From an uncultured Clostridia bacterium (GTDB taxonomy: Bacteria; Bacillota; Clostridia; TANB77; CAG-508), in assembly GCA_947627595.1 (NCBI GenBank), contig CANQWQ010000008.1, positions 2,198-66,197 of the forward strand: a stretch of DNA of 64,000 bases, written 5' to 3'. Shown here piece after piece: positions 8,061 through 16,661 of this stretch; the stretch's first letter is position 1; the number at the start of each line of letters is the position of its first letter. The notes under the pieces are model-generated. The model saw nothing but the letters and a program-made list of their open reading frames with translations, had not been told where the DNA came from and searched no databases. The position numbers were made by a program, and so were the translations under genes.

Positions 8061-9839
8061 TTATTTTTTATTCACAATTTCATCTTCAAGTTTTTTAATG
8101 AACTCTTCTAGTCCCATTGCACCTAAATCTCCGTCTTTTGAAGAACGAACTCCAACTGATTTTGCATCAACTTCTTTTTGTCCTAAAATTAACATATATG
8201 GAACTTTTTCTAGTTGTGCTTCTCTAATCTTATATCCGATTTTTTCTTCTCTATCATCAAGCTCAACTCTAACATTTTCCTTGATTAATTCAGTCATAAC
8301 GCTTTTAGCATATTCGACTTGATTTTCTCCAATTGGTAAAATCTTAACTTGAGTTGGAGCAAGCCAAACTGGGAAATGTCCTTTTGTTTCTTCAATTAAG
8401 AATGAAATAAATCTATCTGAAGATCCTAAGATTGCTCTATGGATAACAACTGGTCTATGTTGTTCTCCATCTTCTCCAATATAGCTTAAATCAAATCTTT
8501 CAGGAAGTGCGAAATCTAATTGGCAAGTTGGAATTGTAACATCATGACCTAAAGCTGATTTTATTTGAATATCAATCTTTGGTCCATAAAATGCAGCTTC
8601 ACCTTCTGCTTCATAGAAATCAATTTTCATTTCTTTTAAAATTTCTCTTAATTGATTTTCAGCTGTCTCCCACATTTCATCATTATCAATGTATTTTTCT
8701 TTGTTTGCTTTATCTCTTAAAGATAATCTAAATTTGAAGCTGTCTCTTGAAAAGCCAAAATCTTTTATGTAAACTTCAAAAATTAAATCAATAACTTTTC
8801 CAACTTCCTCTTTAATTTGATCAGGTCTTACAAAAAGGTGTGCATCATTTTGACACATTTGACGAACTCTCTCTAGTCCGCAAACACTACCACTTGCCTC
8901 ATATCTAAAGTCATGTGCAAGCTCACCAATTTTGATTGGTAAATCTCTATATGAACGTAATTTATGTCTATAAACTAACATATGATGTGGACAGTTCATT
9001 GGTCTTAAAACTAGTTCTTCATTTTCCATTTTCATCATTGGGAACATATCATCTTTGTAGTGATCCCAGTGTCCTGAAGTTTTATATAAAGAAACATTTG
9101 CTAAATCTGGAGTATAAACATGCCAATAACCTAGAGCTAACTCTTTATCTTGAATATATCTTTCTAATATTCTTCTAATTGTAGCACCTTTTGGCAAATA
9201 CATTGGAAGTCCAGCTCCAACTAATGGATCTGTGAAAAATAATTCCAAATCTTTTCCAATTTTTCTGTGATCTCTTTGTTTTGCTTCTTCTAATAAAGCT
9301 AAATGAGCCTCTAAGTCACTAGATTTTGGGAATGAAACTCCATAAATTCTTTGAAGCATTTTATTTTTTTCGTTTCCTCTCCAATAAGCACCAGCTACAC
9401 TTAGTAATTTTATAGCTTTAACAGCACCTGTTGATGGAATATGTGGACCTTTGCAAAGATCAACAAAATCGCCTTGTTTATAAAAAGAAATTACTTCACC
9501 TTCTGGTAAATCATTGATTAATTCAACTTTATAAGGTTCGCCCTTTTCTTTCATTAATTTCAAAGCTTCTTCTCTTGGAAGTTCAAATCTTTCAAGCTCA
9601 TAATCTTCTTTAACGATTTTTTTCATTTCTTCTTCGATTTTTGCTAAATCTTCATCTGAAAATGGTTTTTCAATATCAAAATCATAGTAAAATCCATTTT
9701 CGATTGATGGACCTATTGCAAGTTTAGCGTCTGGATACAATCTTTTTACAGCTTGAGCCATAATGTGTGATGTTGTGTGCCAGAATGAAGACTCCTCTAC
9801 ATCCATTGTTTTTCCACCATGTAACTTAATATTAAACAT
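8061..9839 (-). CDS. thrS: Threonine--tRNA ligase (short N-terminus, no full TGS domain)
   Basis: Class II aaRS with the editing-domain start HTTSHIMAQAVKRLYP and the catalytic core. Start set at MFNIKLHGG (ATG 9839) behind GAGAGGAGGAATT. Preceded by a Thr T-box. Confidence 0.95.
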   Translation of the reverse strand: MFNIKLHGGKTMDVEESSFWHTTSHIMAQAVKRLYPDAKLAIGPSIENGFYYDFDIEKPFSDEDLAKIEEEMKKIVKEDYELERFELPREEALKLMKEKGEPYKVELINDLPEGEVISFYKQGDFVDLCKGPHIPSTGAVKAIKLLSVAGAYWRGNEKNKMLQRIYGVSFPKSSDLEAHLALLEEAKQRDHRKIGKDLELFFTDPLVGAGLPMYLPKGATIRRILERYIQDKELALGYWHVYTPDLANVSLYKTSGHWDHYKDDMFPMMKMENEELVLRPMNCPHHMLVYRHKLRSYRDLPIKIGELAHDFRYEASGSVCGLERVRQMCQNDAHLFVRPDQIKEEVGKVIDLIFEVYIKDFGFSRDSFKFRLSLRDKANKEKYIDNDEMWETAENQLREILKEMKIDFYEAEGEAAFYGPKIDIQIKSALGHDVTIPTCQLDFALPERFDLSYIGEDGEQHRPVVIHRAILGSSDRFISFLIEETKGHFPVWLAPTQVKILPIGENQVEYAKSVMTELIKENVRVELDDREEKIGYKIREAQLEKVPYMLILGQKEVDAKSVGVRSSKDGDLGAMGLEEFIKKLEDEIVNKK

Positions 9840-9878
9840 TTTAATTCCTCCTCTCAATTTTCCTTAAAATTTCAAGAT

Positions 9879-10112
9879 AAAAAAATCTCCTTTGAAGATT
9901 TTTTTATCTTCAAAGGAGTGTATTTAAACACGGTTCCATCCTTAATTTAACTTAATTAAACTTTATAACGTAAGTAACACGCTAAGCTTTTAACTTAGGA
10001 ACTCAGAGGTAGTTTTCAAATATGTTTACTTAAAATGGCTTTCAGTGTCTCACCATTTCTCCCTAAAAGCAACCTATATTTTACTCGTCTCGTCAACGTT
10101 CGTTTAATATTA
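9879..10112 (-). promoter_or_regulatory. T-box riboswitch leader (Thr specifier) of thrS
   Basis: The minus strand shows stem I with GA/AGAGA-like motifs, a specifier-loop region gaaaACUACCucug (ACU/ACC are both Thr codons), the T-box sequence GGAUGGAACCGUG, and the terminator ctcctttgaaga-N-tcttcaaaggag plus a U-run (9886-9919). Confidence 0.8.
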
Positions 10113-10119
10113 TGTTACT

Positions 10120-10148
10120 ATAATACAACTTTTTATTTCAAAAGTCAA
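10120..10148 (-). promoter_or_regulatory. Putative sigma-A promoter of the thrS leader
   Basis: TTGACT (10148-10143), a 17-nt spacer, then TATTAT (10125-10120) on the minus strand. Confidence 0.45.
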
Positions 10149-10154
10149 GCCTTT

Positions 10155-10187
10155 AATTAAAAATGGGAAAAAGTCCCTTTTTCCCAT
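10155..10187 (-). terminator. Hairpin terminator after spoVT
   Basis: atgggaaaaag / ctttttcccat palindrome flanked by A and T runs, 3 nt after the spoVT stop. Confidence 0.6.
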
Positions 10188-10189
10188 TT

Positions 10190-10745
10190 TTAAATTTCTA
10201 GATGAGAGCCTAAAAAACCTGCTGCTGACTGAGCTACTTTAAATTCTGGTTCGCCCATAGTTTTTGAAGCATCTTTTGCTATTAAAATTACGCTTCCAAC
10301 AACATCTCCATCAGATATAATTGGATAAATAACTTGTGAATTATAAATTCTCTGTTTTCCCTCTCCTTCTGTTACTGGAAGAGAAATATCATTATTTTCT
10401 TTGCTCTTAAAAACTTCTTTATTTTCTAGAACTTCTTCAAGTTCTTTGCTTAAATTTTTTTCTAAAAAATCTTTTTTGCTTCCACCAGAAACTGCTATAA
10501 CAGTGTCTTTATCTGTGATACAAGCAATATGTCCTGTAGTCTTAGAAATTGTTTCAGCATATTCACTAGCAAATTCAGAAAGTTCGCCAATAGGAGAATA
10601 TTTTTTCAAAACAACTTCACCATTTTGATCTGTAAAAATTTCAAGTGGGTCACCGTTCTTTAATTCGAAGAACTTTACGAATCTCTTTTGGAATTACAAC
10701 TCTACCTAAGTCATCTATTCTTCTAACAACGCCTGTTGCTTTCAC
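10190..10745 (-). CDS. spoVT: Stage V sporulation regulator SpoVT (AbrB-type N-domain plus GAF-like C-domain); needs +1 at CGG 10653
   Basis: GTG 10745 behind AAAGGAGG gives VKATGVVRRIDDLGRVVIPKEIRKVLRIKE-G-DPLEIFTDQNGEVVLKKYSPIGELSEF... Colinear with SpoVT as I remember it. Confidence 0.85.
10653..10655 (-). other. In-frame CGG at an ORF junction (putative +1 recoding site), spoVT
   Basis: AAA GAA CGG TGA, so the 0 frame stops at once. The +1 reading GGT GAC CCA gives RIKE-G-DPLEIF, the conserved AbrB/SpoVT motif. Confidence 0.75.
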
Positions 10746-10824
10746 TTCTTTTTCCTCCTTTTATCAAATAATTTACTCTTATTATGACAAAAAAGGAAAA
10801 AATTATACAAAAATTTTATTTCTC

Positions 10825-11677
10825 TTATTTTTTATCATATTCATCTAGAAAACTATATGTCTTTCCGTCTTTAGTATAAGAAATCACTGTATCTAAGTTT
10901 ACGTTTTGAACACTTCTAAAAATATTTATGTCAATATTTTCATAATTTTCTTTCATCTTTTTAATTAAAAGTTTCATTTCTCTTCTCTTAGAATCACCTG
11001 GATCTTCTGGATCTATGTAATTTTTTTCTGTAAATTTACAAGCACAATTTATAAAATCTAAGTCATTTCTATTTTTCCAACGAATTATGTCATCTTCTCT
11101 AACATAATACATTGGTCGAATAAGCTCCATTCCAGGATGTGACGTGCTTTTAACTTTTGGCATCATTGTCTGTGTTTGTGAGCCATAAAACATTCCCATT
11201 AAAATTGTTTCAATAACATCATTAAAATGATGGCCTAAAGCAATTTTGTTACATCCAAGCTCTTTTGCTTTTTCATAAAGATAACCTCTTCTCATTCTAG
11301 CACAAAGATAACAAGGCTTATCATCAACATGTGTTACAGCTTCAAAAATATTTGACTCAAAAATTTGAATTGGAACATTTAAAATTTTAGCATTTTCTTT
11401 AATTTTCTCGAGATTTTTTTCACTATAACCGAGGATTCATAACAATAAATTCTACATCAAAATTTACTTTTCTATGTCTTTTTAATTCTTGAAAACATTT
11501 AGCCATAAGAAAAGAATCTTTTCCACCAGAGATACAAACTGCAATTTTGTCTCCCTCGTTTACCATTTGAAATTCACTTATTCCCTGAATAAATCTTTTC
11601 CAAATTTCTTTTCTATATGATTTTGTAATTGTTTTCTCTATTTCCTCATACCTCTCCATTTTCTTGGATTTCTTCAT
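10825..11677 (-). CDS. PP-loop ATPase, TtcA-like tRNA thiolation enzyme; needs +1 at CGG 11429
   Basis: SGGKDS PP-loop (AVCISGGKDSF) and the KPCYLCARMRRG Cys motif. ORFs 11423..11677 and 10825..11295 join through a single site. Start codon uncertain (11677 or 11659). Confidence 0.75.
11429..11431 (-). other. In-frame CGG at an ORF junction (putative +1 recoding site), PP-loop ATPase gene
   Basis: AAT CCT CGG TTA TAG. The +1 reading gives MNP-G-YSEKNLEKIKENAKILNVPIQIFES...KPCYLCARMRRGYLY, which runs into ORF 10825..11295. Confidence 0.7.
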
Positions 11678-12701
11678 GCTCCTTTTTCTTATTAATTTTA
11701 CTTTTAAATGAACTTATAATTACAAATATACAGCTAATAATTACAAATAAATAGAAATTTACACCTCTGCAAAGTAGCATACTACTAGCAATTTGGTTCT
11801 TTGGATAGAACTTTTTAAATAATTCCATAAATCCACCTTCGCTAACACCAACTGCACCTGGTGAAGGAATTCCTGAAACTGTGGCAAATAATACAGCTTG
11901 CATTGATAAAACTTCAAAAATATTTGATTTATTATATCCAAATGAACGATATATAAAATATGGAACACTATAGTAAACTAAAAACTGAATATATGTTGTA
12001 ATTAATGTCTTAAAAATCAATAATTTATGGGTTTTTACATATTTTGCATTTGCTTGATATTTTGAAAGCTCATTTTCAATCCATTCTTGTTTTTTGTCCA
12101 TATTTTTAATTTTGAAAAATTTCATAACTTTTATAGCAAATCTAATAATCGCATTTGTAGCTCTTTTTGAGCAAATTGAAATTAATAGAAGTGCTAAAGC
12201 GCTACTATTTAGCAAGATTCCTATAACAAAAAATATTATCAAAGCAGTGTTCATATATTGATAATTAAAAATAAGACTTATCAAACCTATTGAAATTGTA
12301 GCAATCTGCATTGACGTTAAATTTACAAGTAAAGCAAGAGTTGAATTTGCTACATTTATTCCGTCTCTACTCATATAATAAATTTCCATTGGCTGACCGC
12401 CAGAAGCTGCTGGCGTAATTGAGCTAAAGAAAAATCCAATTAAAGTGTATCTATAATTTCTTAAGAAATTAGATTTTTCGCCCAAAGTTTTTAAAGTTCT
12501 TCCAATGTTAATTGTTTCAAGTCCAAAATATATAAGCATAAGTCCAACAGCAATTAAAACGAACTTTGAATCTGTACCTTTTAGTATTTTCAAGATTTCA
12601 TTAGGATTCTGATCTTTGAAAATAATAAAAAATGTGATAAATATTAAAATTAAAAACAATAATAAATTTCTAATTGCTTTTTTTATATCTTTCTTATCCA
12701 T
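11646..12701 (-). CDS. Flippase-like / LPG-synthase-TM (UPF0104) family membrane protein
   Basis: 351 aa, ~8 TM, motif TPAASGGQPMEIYYM. Confidence 0.65.
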   Translation of the reverse strand: MDKKDIKKAIRNLLLFLILIFITFFIIFKDQNPNEILKILKGTDSKFVLIAVGLMLIYFGLETINIGRTLKTLGEKSNFLRNYRYTLIGFFFSSITPAASGGQPMEIYYMSRDGINVANSTLALLVNLTSMQIATISIGLISLIFNYQYMNTALIIFFVIGILLNSSALALLLISICSKRATNAIIRFAIKVMKFFKIKNMDKKQEWIENELSKYQANAKYVKTHKLLIFKTLITTYIQFLVYYSVPYFIYRSFGYNKSNIFEVLSMQAVLFATVSGIPSPGAVGVSEGGFMELFKKFYPKNQIASSMLLCRGVNFYLFVIISCIFVIISSFKSKINKKKEHEEIQENGEV

Positions 12702-12705
12702 TACT

Positions 12706-13338
12706 CTATTTCCCCAAAACTTTTTCTATATCTTCTTTTGTTATTTTTCCTTCTCTTAGGATTTTTATTTCGCCATTTTCAACTTTTACAATAGTTGATG
12801 CAAATCCAATTTTAGTTTTTCCACCATCTATAAAGCAATCTATTTTTCCGTCAAAATCTTTAATAATCTCGCTATATTCTGTTCCACTAGGTTTTCCAGA
12901 GATATTAGCACTAGGTGTAGCAAGAGGTTTTCCAACTTCACGAATTAATTTTAAAGCAATCTCATTTTCAGGCATTCTAACTCCAACTGTATCAAAACCA
13001 GCTGTAACAATGTCTGGAACCTTTTTTGATTTTTTCAAAATAATTGTAAGTGGACCTGGAAAGAAATTTTCTATTATTTTTCTTTCAGTCTCTGAAACAT
13101 CTACAGCTAAATCATCAATCATTGATAAGTCACCAATAAGTAAACTTATAGCCTTGCTCTTAGGTCTACTTTTTAACTCATAAATTTTTTCAACAGCCTT
13201 TTCATTAAAAGCATCTCCGCCTATTCCATAGACTGTTTCAGTAGGAAAAATAACGACTCCCCCATCATTTATAAGACTCGCTACTTCTTTTAATTTATCA
13301 TATTCAATTCCATTTCTAAAATCAATATATTTTTCCAA
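12706..13338 (-). CDS. tsaC: L-threonylcarbamoyladenylate synthase (YwlC/TsaC/Sua5 family)
   Basis: FPTETVYGIGGDAFNEKAVEKIYELKSRPKSKAISLLI and ATPSANISGKPS motifs. Confidence 0.85.
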   Translation of the reverse strand: MEKYIDFRNGIEYDKLKEVASLINDGGVVIFPTETVYGIGGDAFNEKAVEKIYELKSRPKSKAISLLIGDLSMIDDLAVDVSETERKIIENFFPGPLTIILKKSKKVPDIVTAGFDTVGVRMPENEIALKLIREVGKPLATPSANISGKPSGTEYSEIIKDFDGKIDCFIDGGKTKIGFASTIVKVENGEIKILREGKITKEDIEKVLGK

Positions 13339-13416
13339 TTTTCTTCCTCAAAATTAAAATTCGTAACTCATTATACCACTTCCCCCTATATAATTCAACT
13401 AATTTAAACAAAAATC

Positions 13417-13445
13417 TTGTTACCCTCGCTATTTTATGATATAAT
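13417..13445 (+). promoter_or_regulatory. Putative sigma-A promoter of uvrB
   Basis: TTGTTA (13417-13422), a 17-nt spacer, then TATAAT (13440-13445). The repeat element lies between it and the uvrB RBS. Confidence 0.5.
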
Positions 13446-13461
13446 TTTATTTCAGTTAAAT

Positions 13462-13605
13462 ATATGTGAATATATATGTTGGAACAAGCGACCGCTGTGG
13501 GGACCGCCGAGGTACAAACTATTAAATTTAAAGGAATTTGATTGCTTTAAATTTTATAGTTCGTTCGAAGGTGGGAGGAGCGTGGAAACATATATATTCA
13601 CATAT
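13462..13605 (+). repeat. Structured GC-rich-core repeat, copy 2 of 3 (in the uvrB leader)
   Basis: Perfect 19-bp outer stem atatgtgaatatatatgtt / aacatatatattcacatat. The core is the reverse complement of copies 1 and 3. It ends 20 nt before the uvrB ATG. Confidence 0.75.
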
Positions 13606-13624
13606 TTAATGAAGGAGTAATTCA

Positions 13625-15613
13625 ATGTTTAAATTAGTTTCAGAATACAAACCTACTGGTGACCAACCAGAAGCAATCGAATATTTAAGTAATGGAATTA
13701 AAGAAGGCAAAAAATTTCAAACTTTACTTGGTGTAACAGGTTCACGGGAAAACATTTACAATGGCAAACATCATTCAGAAAGTTCAAAAACCTACTTTAG
13801 TTTTAGCACACAACAAAACTCTTGCAGGCCAGCTTTACTCTGAATTTAAAGAATTTTTCCCTGAAAATAATGTTGAATATTTTGTTAGTTATTACGACTA
13901 TTATCAACCAGAAGCTTATATTGCTCAATCTGATACATACATTGAAAAAGATTCTTCTGTAAATGATGAAATTGATAAACTTCGCCATAGTGCTACTGCT
14001 TCTCTTTTTGAAACAAGAGATGTCATTATAGTCGCTTCTGTTTCTTGTATCTACCGGACTTGGTGACCCTATTGATTATGAAAATATGATAGTTTCTTTA
14101 AGACCAGGTCAAACAAAACCAAGAAATGAAGTTATGAAAAAACTTGTAAACATGCAATATTCTCGTAATGAAATGGATTTTAAAAGAGGAACTTTTAGAG
14201 CAAAAGGTGATATTCTAGAAATCTACCCATCTAATGAAGAAGAACGTGCAATTAGAGTTGAATTTTGGGGTGACGAAGTTGAAAATATAAATGAAATTAA
14301 TCCATTAACTGGAAAAGTTATCGCTAGTCGTAATCATGTTATGATCTACCCTAACTCACACTATGTTACAACTAAAGATAAAATGGATAGAGCTTTAGTT
14401 ACTATTGAAGAAGAAATGGAAGAACGTGTTAAATATTTTAAAGAAAACAAAAAACTTATTGAAGCTCAAAGAATTGAAGAAAGAACTAATTTTGATATTG
14501 AAATGCTTAAAGAAACTGGCTTTTGCCAAGGAATTGAAAACTATTCTAGACATATAAGTGGAAGACCTGCTGGTTCTCCACCCTACACTTTATTTGATTA
14601 TTTTCCAGATGATTTCTTACTTTTAATTGACGAATCACATGCTACAATTCCTCAAGTTAGAGCTATGTATAATGGAGATAGAGCTAGAAAAGAGTCTTTA
14701 GTAAATTATGGCTTTAGACTTCCATCTGCTTTTGACAATAGACCTTTAAAATTTGAAGAATTTGAAGAAAGAATAAATCAAGTAATATTTGTTAGTGCTA
14801 CACCTGCAGAATATGAAAAAGAACATTCTAAGAATAATGTAGTTGAGCAAATCATTCGTCCTACTGGACTTTTAGATCCTAAGATTGAAGTTAAACCAAC
14901 TGAAAATCAAATTGATGATTTAATTGAACAAATTCATGAAAGAACTGAAAAACAAGAAAGAATTTTAGTTACAACTTTAACTAAAAAGATGGCTGAAGAT
15001 TTAACAGCTTATCTTAGAAATGCTGGAATCCGTGTAAAATACATGCACTCTGACACTAAAGCTCTAGAAAGAATGGAAATTATTCGTGATTTAAGAATTG
15101 GTGAATTTGACGTTCTAGTTGGAATCAACCTTTTAAGAGAAGGCCTTGATATTCCTGAAGTTTCGCTTGTTGCAATTTTAGACGCTGATAAAGAAGGATT
15201 CCTTCGTTCAGAACGTTCATTAATTCAAACTATTGGTAGAGCTGCAAGAAACACAGAGCGGAAAAGTTATAATGTATGCTGATGAGCTTACAGATTCTAT
15301 GGATAAAGCCATTTCAGAGACAAATAGACGTAGAAAAATACAAGAAGAATATAATAAAAAGCATGGTATCACACCTCAAACAATTAAAAAATCTGTTAGA
15401 GATACAATTAAAGCTACAATCACTGATGATATTAAATCAGAATATGATATTAAGCCTGAAGAATCTCTAGAAGATGTTGTTGCAAGGTTAACTGATGAAA
15501 TGCTTAAACATGCTCAAAATATGGAATTTGAGCAAGCTGCAAAACTTCGTGATAAAATTAAAGAACTTGAAAAATTTATAGATGATAAACAAATTTTACC
15601 AACAAAAAAATAG
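13625..15613 (+). CDS. uvrB: Excinuclease ABC subunit B; needs +1 at CGG 13745, 14055 and 15259
   Basis: Four ORF fragments (13625, 13761, 14086, 15233) are colinear with UvrB: [38 protein letters not shown], helicase motifs, GRAARN, and the C-terminal UVR domain [16 protein letters not shown]. Confidence 0.95.
13745..13747 (+). other. In-frame CGG at an ORF junction (putative +1 recoding site), uvrB Walker A
   Basis: GGT TCA CGG GAA. The +1 reading GGG AAA ACA gives GVTGS-G-KTFT. Confidence 0.8.
14055..14057 (+). other. In-frame CGG at an ORF junction (putative +1 recoding site), uvrB
   Basis: ATC TAC CGG ACT TGG TGA. The +1 reading gives [15 protein letters not shown]. Confidence 0.8.
15259..15261 (+). 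other. In-frame CGG at an ORF junction (putative +1 recoding site), uvrB
   Basis: ACA GAG CGG AAA. The +1 reading gives [22 protein letters not shown]. Confidence 0.8.
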
Positions 15614-15640
15614 AAGAATTAAATTCTTCTATTTTTTATT
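15612..15640 (+). terminator. Rho-independent terminator of uvrB
   Basis: agaagaatt / aattcttct stem followed by a T-run. Overlaps the 3' end of the convergent gene. Confidence 0.6.
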
Positions 15641-16106
15641 TTGAAAATATATTTTTTATCTTTTTAAAAATTCTTACAAAAAAGTTCTCTTTATGATATT
15701 CTACTAAAGCCTCTTCTTTCTTTTCTAGTTCTTGATTTTCTACATTTTGTTGTTCTATAGTTCTTGGTTTATCTACCTCATTTTTAAATATGTTATCACT
15801 ATCATATTTTTCTGATTTTTCTTTTTCTAGCTTTCTTTCATTTAATTCATGAATTTGATCCATCAATTCTTTTTGTTCTTCATTTAATAAATATTCCATG
15901 TTTAAATATGATAAAAACGCAAATGTATCACGGTCTACATCTTGGTTCTTCAACTCTTTTGAAGTATCATATTTCCACACATAATCTTTATCTTTATATT
16001 CTTTTATTAAATCTCTAACATCTTCTGGAATTTTTTCTAAATCTTCTAATGATAGATAATTTAAAATTTCATCAACTTGAACAAGAACTTTTTTATAATC
16101 ATCCAT
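15636..16106 (-). CDS. Hypothetical acidic protein
   Basis: 156-aa E/K/D-rich ORF with no recognisable motifs. Confidence 0.5.
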   Translation of the reverse strand: MDDYKKVLVQVDEILNYLSLEDLEKIPEDVRDLIKEYKDKDYVWKYDTSKELKNQDVDRDTFAFLSYLNMEYLLNEEQKELMDQIHELNERKLEKEKSEKYDSDNIFKNEVDKPRTIEQQNVENQELEKKEEALVEYHKENFFVRIFKKIKNIFSK

Positions 16107-16123
16107 TACTTTTCACCTTTATC

Positions 16124-16594
16124 TTAAGTTTCTTCTATTTTTTCTTTTTTCTTAGCCTTTTCAGCTTTTTTTGTAAATACAAATAATTTGCTAAAAACAT
16201 AATTTGAAATTGTAATAACTACTTGTGAGAATAATTTCATGATTTTGTCATTAAATTTAAGCAAACTAACACCTATAGCCATTATAGCCATATCCATTAA
16301 AAGTGTTATTACTCTTGAACCAACAAATTTTCCAGCTTCTTTTAATTTGTTTTTTTCTTTGCTTTCAAATACGAATTTTCTATTTGTAAAATATGCAAAT
16401 ATAACACCTGATGTCCAAGATAAAATATTTGCAATTTGAAGTTCAACACTATTTTTTGGATCTAAAAATGTAAATACACAACCATAATATACTGCTAGTG
16501 CTAAAACTGTTGTAAGTCCACCTACTATTAGATAATTCACAATTTCTTTATATTTGTAGTACATATCCCAGCACCAATTCCAAAGCTTCTTCAT
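16124..16594 (-). CDS. GtrA family membrane protein
   Basis: 156 aa, 4 TM. NYLIVGGLTTV...FYTNRKFVF pattern typical of GtrA-like proteins. Confidence 0.75.
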   Translation of the reverse strand: MKKLWNWCWDMYYKYKEIVNYLIVGGLTTVLALAVYYGCVFTFLDPKNSVELQIANILSWTSGVIFAYFTNRKFVFESKEKNKLKEAGKFVGSRVITLLMDMAIMAIGVSLLKFNDKIMKLFSQVVITISNYVFSKLFVFTKKAEKAKKKEKIEET

Positions 16595-16661
16595 TTTGTT
16601 CTCCTTTAAATCTACACTTTTACTATAACTTATATTTCAAAAAAATGCAAGAGCTTTTATT

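Noticed and set aside
12674-13183. 169-aa plus-strand ORF antisense to tsaC, and similar antisense ORFs such as 2672..2881, 5631..6083, 8098..8322, 20638..20916, 26596..26820, 33559..34024 and 61845..62159.
   Set aside because: All lie inside well-supported genes on the other strand, encode low-complexity F/L/S/I-rich strings typical of antisense AT-rich frames, and lack SD sequences.
13462-13605. tRNA-like, ribozyme or riboswitch identity for the repeat core (it contains UUCGAA and G-rich loops).
   Set aside because: No cloverleaf can be drawn. No CUGAUGA/GAAA hammerhead core or other small-ribozyme signatures are present. Three copies in unrelated gene contexts argue against a metabolite riboswitch.
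13400-13624. A LexA/Cheo box (GAAC-N4-GTTC) regulating uvrB, possibly within the repeat (TTCGAACGAAC).
   Set aside because: The CGAACGAAC string is a direct, not inverted, arrangement and is part of the conserved repeat core found at non-SOS loci too. No convincing palindromic box was seen near the promoter.
13625-15613. Interpreting the split genes (uvrB shown here; 12 genes overall) as ordinary pseudogenes or random long-read indel errors.
   Set aside because: All 21 breaks have the same form: an extra sense-strand C exactly in front of a Gly codon. None is in a homopolymer, they occur in genes on both strands, and the genes show no other lesions. Essential genes (murC, uvrB) are affected. 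A systematic artefact still cannot be fully excluded without reads, so this is flagged in the main finding.
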